Shown: piece by piece, positions 14,798-22,458 of the stretch | Layout of the letters: each line of letters starts with the position of its first letter | Position numbering within the stretch: position 1 is the stretch's first letter | DNA from: Haloferax volcanii DS2 | Lineage (GTDB): Archaea > Halobacteriota > Halobacteria > Halobacteriales > Haloferacaceae | Direction: 5' to 3' | DNA: 32,000 nucleotides | Assembly (NCBI RefSeq): GCF_000025685.1 | Contig: NC_013964.1 | Coordinates: 90,001 to 122,000 of the forward strand | Notes under the pieces: model-generated | The model's database searches: none | The model's input: only the letters and a program-made list of their open reading frames with translations | What the model was told of the DNA's origin: nothing | Translations under genes and position numbers: made by a program

Positions 14798-16654
14798 TCA
14801 CTGCGAGTTGGAGCTAATCCATCCGTTTTTGAAGGAGAACTCGCCCGGTCGGTTCGTGTTGAGTTCGTAGTCGTCGCCCGTCGGCATGGAGAAGTCCTGC
14901 GTGTCGCCCCAGTAGCCGGAGTCTTCCTCGACGAAGACGAAGTCGGGAAGCGCGTAGTTGAACCACTGGACGAGGTCGCGGGTCCGCTCTCTGACCTGCT
15001 CTGCGGACTCGGAGTTCGGCAGGTCGTTCATCAGCTGTGCGGGCTGAATCTCTTTGCCGCTGCCGGAGATTTCGGTCGCGCCGACCTCGCTCGGGATGGT
15101 CGTCGTAAAGGGCTTGCCCGTCGGGCCGGTCTCGTTCCCACTGGAGGGGTCACCGACCTCGATGCCGTAGAAGTTGTTCGAGAAGTACGCCGTCGGGTGC
15201 CACAGCGCCTTCGCGACGTGCCATATCCAGAAGATGTCCGCCTCGTACGTTTGGAGGCGCTGGTAGTAGTCGGTCGAGCTGACCGTGCTGATTTCGGTCT
15301 GGATGCCGAACGCGTTGAGGTGGTCGTTGAAGACCTTCGTCGCCTGCACCTGGGTGTTGTTGTTCTGCGTGAGGACGGTGAACGTGAAGGACTCGCCATC
15401 AGGGTCGACCCACGTCCCGTTCTCCTTGGTGTAGCCGGCGTCTTCGAGCAGCTGCGTCGCGGTTTCGAGATCCTTGCCGACCGGGTAGTCGATGAGCTGG
15501 TCGACGAAGTCCGAGCCGAGGTACTCCTCGTGAATCGTCGAGCGCAGCGCCGTCTGGTTCTCGGCGGGCGCGCCGACCGTTCCGGCCTGCCGCATCGCGG
15601 CGACCATCGACTCGAAGTCCACCGCGTTGACGATGGCGCGTCGGACGGGAAGCCTCGCGATGTGCTCGTTCTTGAAGTTGAACGTGAACTTCTGGGTGCG
15701 GAACCAGTTGAGCCGGTAGACGTTCTCGATGTTGTCCGGGTACCGGGACTGCTGGGACTCCGACATGAGTACGTCGGGGTTCATGTCGAGTTGGTCGTTC
15801 ACCGACAGCGACTCCACGTCGGAGGTCGTCTCGGGGATGATGCGGACGTTCGGGACGTCCGTCCGGCTCGCGTACGGGTGGTCTTCGAACTTCTCGAGGA
15901 CGGTCTCCGAGGAGTTGAAGCCGGTGACGCGGTACAGCGCGTTGCCGAGACCCTCGTCGATGAGCTGTTGGGTCGTGATGCTCATGTCGAGGAGGTCGCT
16001 CGTCACGCTCTCGCGCTCGCTCTCATTCGATGCCTCCTCGTAGCGGGTGAGGTATTCGCGGTAAATCGACCGCGGGGTGTTGACGAACGTCTCGGCGACG
16101 TTCGCCTTCATCAGGTTGGGCGAGACGGCCGTCTTGAACGTCCGCTCGATGGTGTAGTCGTCGACCAGCGTGTTGCTCTCGATGGGTGACTGCTCGGGCG
16201 ATTGCAGGCGGTCGATTTCGAGACCGATGTAGTAGTCTTCGGCCGTCAGGTCGTCGCCGTTCCACCACTTGAACCCCTCGGGGAACGTCAGCGTGAGCGT
16301 CCGCCCGTCGACGGTCATGTCTTCGAGCAGGTCGGGTCGGACCGTCCCGTCGGCGTAGCCGCGCGCGACTTCCTCGAACAGTTGGTCCTGCAGGGTGTGC
16401 GCGTAGTTGCCGAGGCTGTACCGGTTGAACTGCACGTCCGTCGCGGGTCGGCCCGCGGGGTAATCGAGGGTGTCGTCGGCGATGCTCGCGCCGCCCTCGG
16501 TGGTCGTGCCGCCGTCCGTGCCGTCCCCGGTACTGCCGTCTTCGGTCGTCTGCCCGGAACTATCGAAGCAGCCGGCCAGTCCAGCCGTGCCAGCCACCGC
16601 CCCGTACTTGATAAGGTCTCGTCTACTCCAGTTGGTTGAACGCTTTCCAGCCAT
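14798..16654 (-). CDS. ABC transporter substrate-binding lipoprotein, SBP family 5 (Dpp/Opp type), Tat-exported
   Basis: 618 aa with SRRDLIK twin-arginine motif, lipobox LAGC and a Thr/Gly/Asp/Ser linker. First gene of a five-gene SBP-permease-permease-ATPase-ATPase operon (16654 -> 10521). Confidence 0.9.
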   Translation of the reverse strand: MAGKRSTNWSRRDLIKYGAVAGTAGLAGCFDSSGQTTEDGSTGDGTDGGTTTEGGASIADDTLDYPAGRPATDVQFNRYSLGNYAHTLQDQLFEEVARGYADGTVRPDLLEDMTVDGRTLTLTFPEGFKWWNGDDLTAEDYYIGLEIDRLQSPEQSPIESNTLVDDYTIERTFKTAVSPNLMKANVAETFVNTPRSIYREYLTRYEEASNESERESVTSDLLDMSITTQQLIDEGLGNALYRVTGFNSSETVLEKFEDHPYASRTDVPNVRIIPETTSDVESLSVNDQLDMNPDVLMSESQQSRYPDNIENVYRLNWFRTQKFTFNFKNEHIARLPVRRAIVNAVDFESMVAAMRQAGTVGAPAENQTALRSTIHEEYLGSDFVDQLIDYPVGKDLETATQLLEDAGYTKENGTWVDPDGESFTFTVLTQNNNTQVQATKVFNDHLNAFGIQTEISTVSSTDYYQRLQTYEADIFWIWHVAKALWHPTAYFSNNFYGIEVGDPSSGNETGPTGKPFTTTIPSEVGATEISGSGKEIQPAQLMNDLPNSESAEQVRERTRDLVQWFNYALPDFVFVEEDSGYWGDTQDFSMPTGDDYELNTNRPGEFSFKNGWISSNSQ

Positions 16655-16684
16655 GCGGTATCATCTATCATGATACTCCCCGTT

Positions 16685-16697
16685 AATATAGATACTG
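16685..16697 (-). promoter_or_regulatory. TATA-like box (minus strand CAGTATCTATATT) of the complete Dpp/Opp-type operon
   Basis: Lies 31-43 nt upstream of ATG 16654 and shares ATAGATACTG with 10372-10381. A perfect 10-bp palindrome TATCATGATA lies between it and the start (16667-16676). Confidence 0.4.
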
Positions 16698-16768
16698 GAT
16701 TTGTCCATCCCAACCATGATAGAGAAAATAACAGTTCTCTGCCCGTTCGTGCTTGTTTTCGCCCCGTC

Positions 16769-16990
16769 TCACGCGCTCCTCGCCGTCCACAGCAACAGTC
16801 CGAGCATCAGGACCGCCAACCCGCCGAACGTCGTCAGCTGGAGGTAGACGAGCGCGTGGGTCGTCGTCCCCGGTTCGATAGACGGGAGCGAGATGAGTAG
16901 CAGGACGATAGAGGCCAGCGAGATGACGAGGACGAACTTCATCCGGGTCTCGTAGTCGCGGAGCACGTCGGCGAGACTCGTTTCGGGCAT
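16769..16990 (-). CDS. Small (73 aa) two-TM membrane protein, unknown function
   Basis: MPETSLADVLRDYETRMKFVLVISLASIVLLLISLPSIEPGTTTHALVYLQLTTFGGLAVLMLGLLLWTARSA. It has two hydrophobic helices, GC-rich third codon positions, and a TATA-like palindrome about 32 nt upstream. No family recognised. Confidence 0.45.
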   Translation of the reverse strand: MPETSLADVLRDYETRMKFVLVISLASIVLLLISLPSIEPGTTTHALVYLQLTTFGGLAVLMLGLLLWTARSA

Positions 16991-17017
16991 GCCTACGTAG
17001 AGTACCGCGGTGTATTT

Positions 17018-17027
17018 CAGTATACTG
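17018..17027 (-). promoter_or_regulatory. Palindromic TATA-like element CAGTATACTG
   Basis: Perfect 10-bp palindrome centred about 32 nt upstream of ATG 16990. It resembles the CAGTATCT boxes at 10371-10381 and 16685-16697. Confidence 0.3.
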
Positions 17028-17104
17028 CCCCGGCCAGCCTCACCCTCACCCTCGCCGTCCCTTTCCCCGGTAGACTTAGATAAGACGAGACGAAATGCAG
17101 GTGC

Positions 17105-17566
17105 ATGGACAGAGGATTAGTACTCATCGAGAACACTGACTTACACGCGGACCTCCTCCGGGAGGCCAGAGAACACGCGCTCGGCGCGGACGCCGACCTC
17201 GTCCTCCTCGTCACGCTCACCGAAGACGAGTTCGAGGAGACCCAGGAGGTCCTCGACACCATCGGCGACGTCGAGCACACGTCGTACACCGAACAGGACG
17301 CGTTCAAGGGCGCGATGAACGACGCCGAGGAGGTCGCCCGGAAGGTCTTCGCGACCGACGACGAGGTGTCCTACGAAATCGTCCCGCGAATCGCCGCCGA
17401 GAAAGAGCGCGCCGAGACGGTCATCGAAGTCGCCGACGAGGAGGGCGCAGACCACGTGTTCATCCTCGGCCGGAAGCGGTCGCCGACCGGAAAGGCGCTG
17501 TTCGGCGACCTCGCGCAGTTCGTGATTCTCAACTTCGACGGCTACGTGACGCTTCACACCGAGTGA
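17105..17566 (+). CDS. Universal stress protein (UspA family)
   Basis: 153 aa with the typical C-terminal ATP-binding region ADHVFILGRKRSPTGKALFGDLAQFVILNFDGYV. TATA-like CTTAGATAAG lies at 17075-17084. Confidence 0.85.
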   Translation: MDRGLVLIENTDLHADLLREAREHALGADADLVLLVTLTEDEFEETQEVLDTIGDVEHTSYTEQDAFKGAMNDAEEVARKVFATDDEVSYEIVPRIAAEKERAETVIEVADEEGADHVFILGRKRSPTGKALFGDLAQFVILNFDGYVTLHTE

Positions 17567-17597
17567 GCGTCGTCGCGGCGGACTGAGCCGACTCTCG

Positions 17598-17603
17598 TTT
17601 TTT
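17598..17603 (+). terminator. Oligo-T (T6) tract after the usp gene
   Basis: ctcgttttttctg lies 32 nt downstream of stop 17566, in the gap between convergent genes. Confidence 0.35.
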
Positions 17604-17647
17604 CTGCCCCCGCGACCGCGTAGCCGTCTGTACTCAGTCGTTCGAGA

Positions 17648-18487
17648 CTACTCCGGCGGGCTGTCCCACTCCTCGCCGTCGTCCTGCGGGTGGTAGCCGA
17701 TCTGCGAGCGGGCGTGTTCGAGGTCGTACCACCGGCGCTGGTTGTCGCTCACGCCGCTGAAGATACCGAATTCGACGTTGTCGTCTTGCAGACAGCAGTC
17801 GATTTCGTGGGCGAAGTCGCGGCGGGACTGCCACATCGACTTCATGCGCCCGACGGTTTCCTCGTACTCGGCGCTCCCGCGTTCGAACTCGCCGTTCTCG
17901 ACGGCGGCCTCGGCGTCGCCGTAGGGGTGGTCGTACTCCGGCATCCGGACGCTGCACACCCGGAGGGCGTAGAACTGCTTGGGGTATTCGTAGTTCTCGA
18001 CGTAGTACCGACCCATGTCCTCGCCGTACGCCTTCGACGCGCCGTAAAACGAGTCGGGGCGGACGGGGTCCTCGTGGCCGATGACGAGTCCGTGACCCGG
18101 CTCATATATCTCGGGGGAGAACTCGTCCTCGTAGCCGCCCATGACGTGATTGGTCGAGAGGAAGACGAACGACTCGATTTCGTTCTCGCGGGCGACTTCG
18201 AGCGCGTTGTACATCCCGATGATGTTGGGCTCGAAGATGTCCTCCCACGTCCCGTCGGTGTAGGGGTACGCCGCCATGTGGACCATCGCGTCCTGCCCCG
18301 CCGCGGCGCCGTCGAGCGCGTCGTAGTCGGACACGTCGCCGACGACGGTGTCGTAGCCACCGTAGGGGTGGTCGTCGGGACGGTCGGAGCGGTTGAAGTA
18401 CGTGAAGTCGTAGGCGTCGTCGTCGTGCAGGTGGTCTATGACTGCGGTGCCGCACCGGCCATAGACGCCGGTCATCAAGACGTCCAT
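17648..18487 (-). CDS. NAD-dependent epimerase/dehydratase-fold SDR, uronate dehydrogenase (Udh)-like
   Basis: 279 aa with GxxGxxG (TGVYGRCGT) and YxxxK (YGASK). Blocks NIIGMYNALEVAR, LSTNHVMGGY, PVRPDSFYGASKAYGE, MWQSRRDFAHEI and SDNQRRWYDLEHARSQIGYHPQDD parallel, from memory, Agrobacterium Udh (NIIGLYNLYEAAR, SSNHTIGYY, PDGLYGVSKCFGE, TWFSHDDF, WWDNSHLGFLGWKPKDN). The fold call is firm; the substrate call is moderate. Confidence 0.8.
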   Translation of the reverse strand: MDVLMTGVYGRCGTAVIDHLHDDDAYDFTYFNRSDRPDDHPYGGYDTVVGDVSDYDALDGAAAGQDAMVHMAAYPYTDGTWEDIFEPNIIGMYNALEVARENEIESFVFLSTNHVMGGYEDEFSPEIYEPGHGLVIGHEDPVRPDSFYGASKAYGEDMGRYYVENYEYPKQFYALRVCSVRMPEYDHPYGDAEAAVENGEFERGSAEYEETVGRMKSMWQSRRDFAHEIDCCLQDDNVEFGIFSGVSDNQRRWYDLEHARSQIGYHPQDDGEEWDSPPE

Positions 18488-18510
18488 ACGAATCCACTCT
18501 GACCAAATCG

Positions 18511-18518
18511 TAATAAAT
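18511..18518 (-). promoter_or_regulatory. TATA-like box of the Udh-like gene
   Basis: The minus strand reads ATTTATTA, centred about 27 nt upstream of ATG 18487. Confidence 0.35.
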
Positions 18519-18662
18519 TGATGGGTGACCGTGACGTCCGACTTCGCTTCGGGTATCGCTTCGGCCCGCCCGTTCGGGTCACGAAGCCTGAATGCCGCGC
18601 ACCAGATGGACGACTCGCGGGCCCTCTCGCGCGTGAACGCCGGGTTCAGGCGTTGACGATGG

Positions 18663-18670
18663 GTTTATCA
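18663..18670 (+). promoter_or_regulatory. TATA-like box of the KdgD-like gene
   Basis: GTTTATCA is centred about 28 nt upstream of ATG 18695. It is immediately preceded by the inverted repeat AACGCC-N7-GGCGTT (18636-18654). Confidence 0.35.
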
Positions 18671-18694
18671 CGGTTGACTCAGATTGACTGTACC

Positions 18695-19633
18695 ATGCCA
18701 CTCGCAGACGACCGTGTACGCAGTCGTCTCCGTGGCGTCGCCGTCGGCTTGCTCACGCCGTTCGACGACGACCTGGAGATTCAACACGACAAACTCGAAG
18801 CGAACGCGAAGTCGCTTTCCGGCGACGGTATCTCGTCGTTCCTCGCGGCCGCGAACATCAGCGAATACCACTCCCTGTCCCAACAGGAGCGCGTCGACGT
18901 GACGGAGACGGCGGTCGACGCGCTCCCCGACAGCGCCTGCGTCCTCGCCGGCGTCGGCGGGTCGACGAAGGCCGCGACGGACCTGATGGAAGCCTACGAC
19001 CGCGTCGGCGTGGACGCCATGATGGTCATGCCGCCGGACCACACCTACGTCCACGAGCGGGGACTCATCCGCTACTACGAGAAACTCGACGCCGCGACCG
19101 ACACGCCGCTCGTTCCCTACGTCCGCGGCTTCGACCCCTCGGTCTCCTTCCTCCGCGACCTCTCGCGCATCGAGGGCGTCGTCGGCGTCAAGTACGCCAT
19201 CGAGGACCCGGTCAAACTCGGTTCCGCCGTCGCCGTCGCGGACGACGACGTGGTCTGGGTGGACGGCCTCGCGGAACCCTACGCCGTCTCGTTTTGGAAC
19301 GAGGGCATCGAGGGGTTCTCGGCGGGCGTCAGCAATTTCCGCCCGGAAATCGGCCTCGCGCTGTTCGAGGCGCTCACCGAGGAGAACTGGGAACGCGCCC
19401 GCGAGATTCGCGACCTGACGCTCCCGTTCCAAGCTCTCCGCGGCGAGACGGGAACCGACAACGACCTTCCCGGCGCGATAAGCGTCCCGATAGTGAAGAA
19501 GGGCCTCGAACTGGCCGGCCTGCACGGCGGGGAAGTCCGCGAGCCGATTCGGTCGCTGTCGGCCGACGACGAGCGCCGCGCCGAGGAACTGTACGAGGAA
19601 CTCGACGACGGCATCGCCCGCGTCATCGACTGA
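18695..19633 (+). CDS. Dihydrodipicolinate synthase/N-acetylneuraminate lyase family protein, 5-dehydro-4-deoxyglucarate dehydratase (KdgD)-like
   Basis: ORF 18518..19633 trimmed to MPLADDRVRSRLRGVAVGLLTPFDDD (the family-typical N-terminal strand). Also has SEYHSLSQQER, VGVDAMMVMPP, and VVGVKYAIED as the candidate Schiff-base Lys. The start is supported by TATA spacing. Confidence 0.85.
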   Translation: MPLADDRVRSRLRGVAVGLLTPFDDDLEIQHDKLEANAKSLSGDGISSFLAAANISEYHSLSQQERVDVTETAVDALPDSACVLAGVGGSTKAATDLMEAYDRVGVDAMMVMPPDHTYVHERGLIRYYEKLDAATDTPLVPYVRGFDPSVSFLRDLSRIEGVVGVKYAIEDPVKLGSAVAVADDDVVWVDGLAEPYAVSFWNEGIEGFSAGVSNFRPEIGLALFEALTEENWERAREIRDLTLPFQALRGETGTDNDLPGAISVPIVKKGLELAGLHGGEVREPIRSLSADDERRAEELYEELDDGIARVID

Positions 19634-19752
19634 CTCACCGACATCGACCCGAGCGCGCACCGACGACTCCGACCGCACCGATATCGACTGACCACGCTCA
19701 CCGCACCTGCCTGACGCTACCCGGCGACAGCCGTCGGAAGCACCCTACCCCA

Positions 19753-19757
19753 TTTTT
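19753..19757 (+). terminator. Oligo-T (T5) tract downstream of the KdgD-like gene
   Basis: cccatttttcgcc lies about 120 nt after stop 19633. Confidence 0.25.
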
Positions 19758-19929
19758 CGCCGTCTCGACGTTCCCTCGCTCCCTGTTGAGCCGTTTTCAC
19801 GTCTCACCGGCCCGCTCGTCTCCCACCGGACTCCCGGCCCGCACTAATCATAACACACCTTCAGCTCCGGCAGTTGAGCGGCCACATTCCTAGACTGACC
19901 GCATGAGGGCAGCGTCATACTCCATCTTG

Positions 19930-19944
19930 TTCGCCGGTGGGGAA
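19930..19944. promoter_or_regulatory. Imperfect dyad TTCGC-CGGTG-GGGAA (copy 1 of a 15-nt direct repeat)
   Basis: ttcgccggtggggaa matches ttccccggtggcgaa (19995-20009) at 13/15 positions, 65 bp apart. Both fit TTCCC-N5-GGGAA with one arm mismatch. Confidence 0.3.
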
Positions 19945-19994
19945 CGAACATCAGGCGAATCGTGCCCAATTATTCACTCTGGATGGGATTTGCG

Positions 19995-20009
19995 TTCCCC
20001 GGTGGCGAA
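19995..20009. promoter_or_regulatory. Imperfect dyad TTCCC-CGGTG-GCGAA (copy 2)
   Basis: See 19930-19944. The CCGGTGGC core also occurs at 28994-29001, upstream of the CUT1 SBP gene. A related CGGTGGCG occurs at 24824-24831, in the iclR/GH105 spacer. Confidence 0.3.
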
Positions 20010-20148
20010 TATTCGGATTTAGGCCTCTCTGTGGGCTCTGGATTGGGTTTAGGGGGGTTGGCGTTTTGGTCGGCTGTGCGTCACTCACGACGAACGCGCG
20101 AATTCGACGCGATATTCGCCCATATATTACAAGCATATGACTGTAATT

Positions 20149-20164
20149 TTCCCGCCTCGGGAAC
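20149..20164. promoter_or_regulatory. Dyad TTCCC-GCCTC-GGGAA(C), near-identical to the iclR-promoter dyad
   Basis: ttcccgcctcgggaac matches ttcccgcctggggaac (24738-24753) at 15/16 positions. Both follow a T-rich/TATA-like stretch (gtaatttt and tatatatttg). It lies about 120 nt upstream of the SGNH esterase start. Confidence 0.4.
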
Positions 20165-20276
20165 CGATGATGCCACTTCGGCGTCTGTCTCCGTCCAGCA
20201 CCGGCGCGCCCGTCGTCGCGCGTCGGTCGCCGGAGGTAGGGATAAGTAGGTGTGGCGTGTGCGTGACTCACACGGT

Positions 20277-21311
20277 ATGCAGCACGACGATATCCAGCAC
20301 GACGACGTTCAGTTCCACAACGTCAGGGCGCTCCAGCGGGTCAGACCGCACGAGGGACTTCGACTGCTCCGCGTTCCGGAGGCCGTCAGGAGCGGCCTGA
20401 ACACCGGCGCGCAGACGCGGATGTCTCACCCGGCGGGAACCGAGATTCGACTCGTCCCCGATGAGACGGTTCGAATCACGCTCTCCTCCGAGGAGCGAGA
20501 CAGCCTCGTTCGACCGTTCTGGGGAGACTTTCAGGCGACGGGCGAGGAGTTCACGCTCGGGCCGGAGCCGAAGACGGTCGAACTGTCTCCCCCGGAGTCG
20601 CTGTCCGACCTCGACCCGGCGGCGACCGGCGAGATGCGTTACGCGCCCGAGGTGTGCCGACTCGTCTTCCCCGGCGACCACCGCGGCGGCCACATCTACT
20701 ACCACGGCGTCGAGGGCGCGCGGCGGCCGCCGACCGCCGACGAGGTTCCGAGCCTCCGATACCTCGCGTACGGCACGTCGATTACCGAGGGCGAGGACCC
20801 GTCGGCGGAGATGCTCACGTACGTTAACCAGACGGCCCGGAGACTCGGTGCGGACCCGATAAATCTCGGCTCCTGCGGGACAGCCTACTGCGACCCCGCG
20901 ATGGCCGAGCACATCGCCGCCCGCGACGACTGGGACGTGGCGACGCTCTCGCTGTCGGTGAACATGGTCGGCCGATTCTCGCCCGACGAGTTCCGCGAGC
21001 GCGCCGCGGACATGGTCGAAACCGTCGCCGCGGCGAACCCGACCAAACCCGTCGCCTGCATCACGCTGTTCCCGCACGTGCGCGAGTACAAGCGCGACCA
21101 CGAGGAAGCGACGCTCTCCGAGACGTTCCGCCAGCACCTTCGTGACGTGGTTGACGAGTGCGGCTACGACAACGTCCACCTCGTGGAGGGCCCCGACCTC
21201 CTGCCGACCGCCAGCGGGATGACGACCGACCTCGTCCATCCCGGCGACGACGCGATGGTTCGCATCGGTGAGCGCCTCGCGCGCGAGCTCGAATCTCTCA
21301 TGGACGATTGA
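20277..21311 (+). CDS. SGNH/GDSL-family hydrolase (putative carbohydrate esterase) with N-terminal beta-sandwich-type domain
   Basis: ORF 20250..21311; start taken at ATG 20277. Block I YGTSITEG (Ser nucleophile) and block V DLVHPGD (DxxH). The roughly 160-aa N-terminal extra domain resembles that of esterases with accessory domains. No signal peptide. GGATAAGTA lies at 20240-20248, about 33 nt upstream. Confidence 0.85.
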   Translation: MQHDDIQHDDVQFHNVRALQRVRPHEGLRLLRVPEAVRSGLNTGAQTRMSHPAGTEIRLVPDETVRITLSSEERDSLVRPFWGDFQATGEEFTLGPEPKTVELSPPESLSDLDPAATGEMRYAPEVCRLVFPGDHRGGHIYYHGVEGARRPPTADEVPSLRYLAYGTSITEGEDPSAEMLTYVNQTARRLGADPINLGSCGTAYCDPAMAEHIAARDDWDVATLSLSVNMVGRFSPDEFRERAADMVETVAAANPTKPVACITLFPHVREYKRDHEEATLSETFRQHLRDVVDECGYDNVHLVEGPDLLPTASGMTTDLVHPGDDAMVRIGERLARELESLMDD

Positions 21312-21409
21312 CCGGGATATGCGCGACTCAGACGCTCTCGTAGTCGAATTTTCCGAACGAAATCTCCGCGAGCGTAACACCGAAGCACCCCCCTGTTCGA
21401 TGGACGTGT

Positions 21410-22318
21410 ATGACCGTCGCCGCAAATCTGGGCTACATGCTCGGGGTGCTCTGCCTCGGGGCGCTAGCGAAGCGTCTCGGCCTCCTCGACAGCGGCCGCC
21501 GCGACAAACTCACGTTCTTCGCGTTCGCCTTCGCGCTCCCCGCGCTCGTGTTCACCTCGACGTACGACCAGCCGATTCGCGAAGTTATCGAGCCGACGCT
21601 CGTGTTGGGCTTTTGGCTCGTCCTCTTTACGATGCTCGCCGTCGGCTGGGTCGTCCACCGGCGGGTGTCGCCCGACTCGGTTCGCAGTGTCGCCATCGTC
21701 CAGTCGTACTACTCGAACCTCGGCTTCCTCGGGCTCCCGCTCGTCGATTCGACGTTCGGTTCGCTGGCGTCTGCGAAGGCGGCCGTCATTCTCGGCATCG
21801 GCGCGCTCACCCACGTCCCGCTCACTATCACGGTCCTCGTGCTCGTCAACGGCGCTGACGTGTCGTTCAAAGAGGAGTTCATCGGCGTGCTCAAGACGCC
21901 GGTCATTCCGGCGCTCGTGTTGGGGCTCGCCTTCTCCGGGCTCGGCCTCGGCGTCCCCGGTGTCCTTCTGACGGGGCTCGACGCGCTCTCCTCGCTCGCG
22001 CTCCCCGTGGCGCTGCTCTCCATCGGCGCGTCGCTCACGATTTCCACCGAGTCGTTCGACTTTCGCACCGTCGGGGCCGTCGTCGGCAGCAAAGTCGTCC
22101 TGATGCCGCTTCTCGCCTTCGCCGTCTTCTCGACGTTCGCGTCGAGTTGGTCGACGGTCCAAGCCGGCGTGACGATGCTCGCGACGCCGACCGCCGTCTC
22201 GTCGTTCATCTACGCGAACGAACTCGGCGGCGACGCCGACCTCGCGTCGATGAACGTGTTCGCGACCACCGCCGTCTCGGTCGCCACCCTGTTCGTCGTC
22301 CTCCAGTTCCTCCTTTGA
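21410..22318 (+). CDS. AEC (auxin efflux carrier) family membrane transporter
   Basis: 302 aa with about 10 hydrophobic spans and two-lobed architecture. Sequence character is that of the Mem_trans/AEC family (LGLLDSGRRDKLTFFAFAFALPALVF ... LPVALLSIGASL). Confidence 0.88.
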   Translation: MTVAANLGYMLGVLCLGALAKRLGLLDSGRRDKLTFFAFAFALPALVFTSTYDQPIREVIEPTLVLGFWLVLFTMLAVGWVVHRRVSPDSVRSVAIVQSYYSNLGFLGLPLVDSTFGSLASAKAAVILGIGALTHVPLTITVLVLVNGADVSFKEEFIGVLKTPVIPALVLGLAFSGLGLGVPGVLLTGLDALSSLALPVALLSIGASLTISTESFDFRTVGAVVGSKVVLMPLLAFAVFSTFASSWSTVQAGVTMLATPTAVSSFIYANELGGDADLASMNVFATTAVSVATLFVVLQFLL

Positions 22319-22458
22319 GGCGGCGGCGGCTCGTCGATACCAGTCCGAACCTCGCGAATTCGCTTCGCTCACACCTTGCGACGGCCACGAGCGCGCGGCG
22401 GCCATCCGCGCTCGCCATGAGAAGCTTACTTGGTGATGGGTGTGCATGGCTAGGTCGA

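Noticed and set aside
19930-20125. Possible MITE or IS remnant suggested by lower GC and an inverted pair (20004-20015 / 20110-20120)
   Set aside because: The arms are short and imperfect, there are no target-site duplications, and there is no transposase fragment in any frame. I kept it only as an unexplained spacer in the findings.
20280-20309. 15-nt tandem duplication at the esterase N-terminus (cagcacgacgatatc / cagcacgacgacgtt encoding QHDDI-QHDDV)
   Set aside because: It is a real repeat, but most simply explained as a trivial in-frame duplication in a disordered acidic N-terminus. It gives no evidence of function.
22147-22458. N-terminal extensions offered by the ORF track (22147 for the ALDH, 18518 for the KdgD-like gene, 24735 for GH88/105, 24952 for iclR, 2006 for the permease, 7249 for the sulfatase, 8818 for the enolase-family gene, 5499 for the GlcG-like gene)
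   Set aside because: The extensions are Arg/Pro-rich, overlap neighbouring genes or promoters, and precede the conserved family N-termini. Internal starts sit about 25-38 nt downstream of TATA-like boxes.
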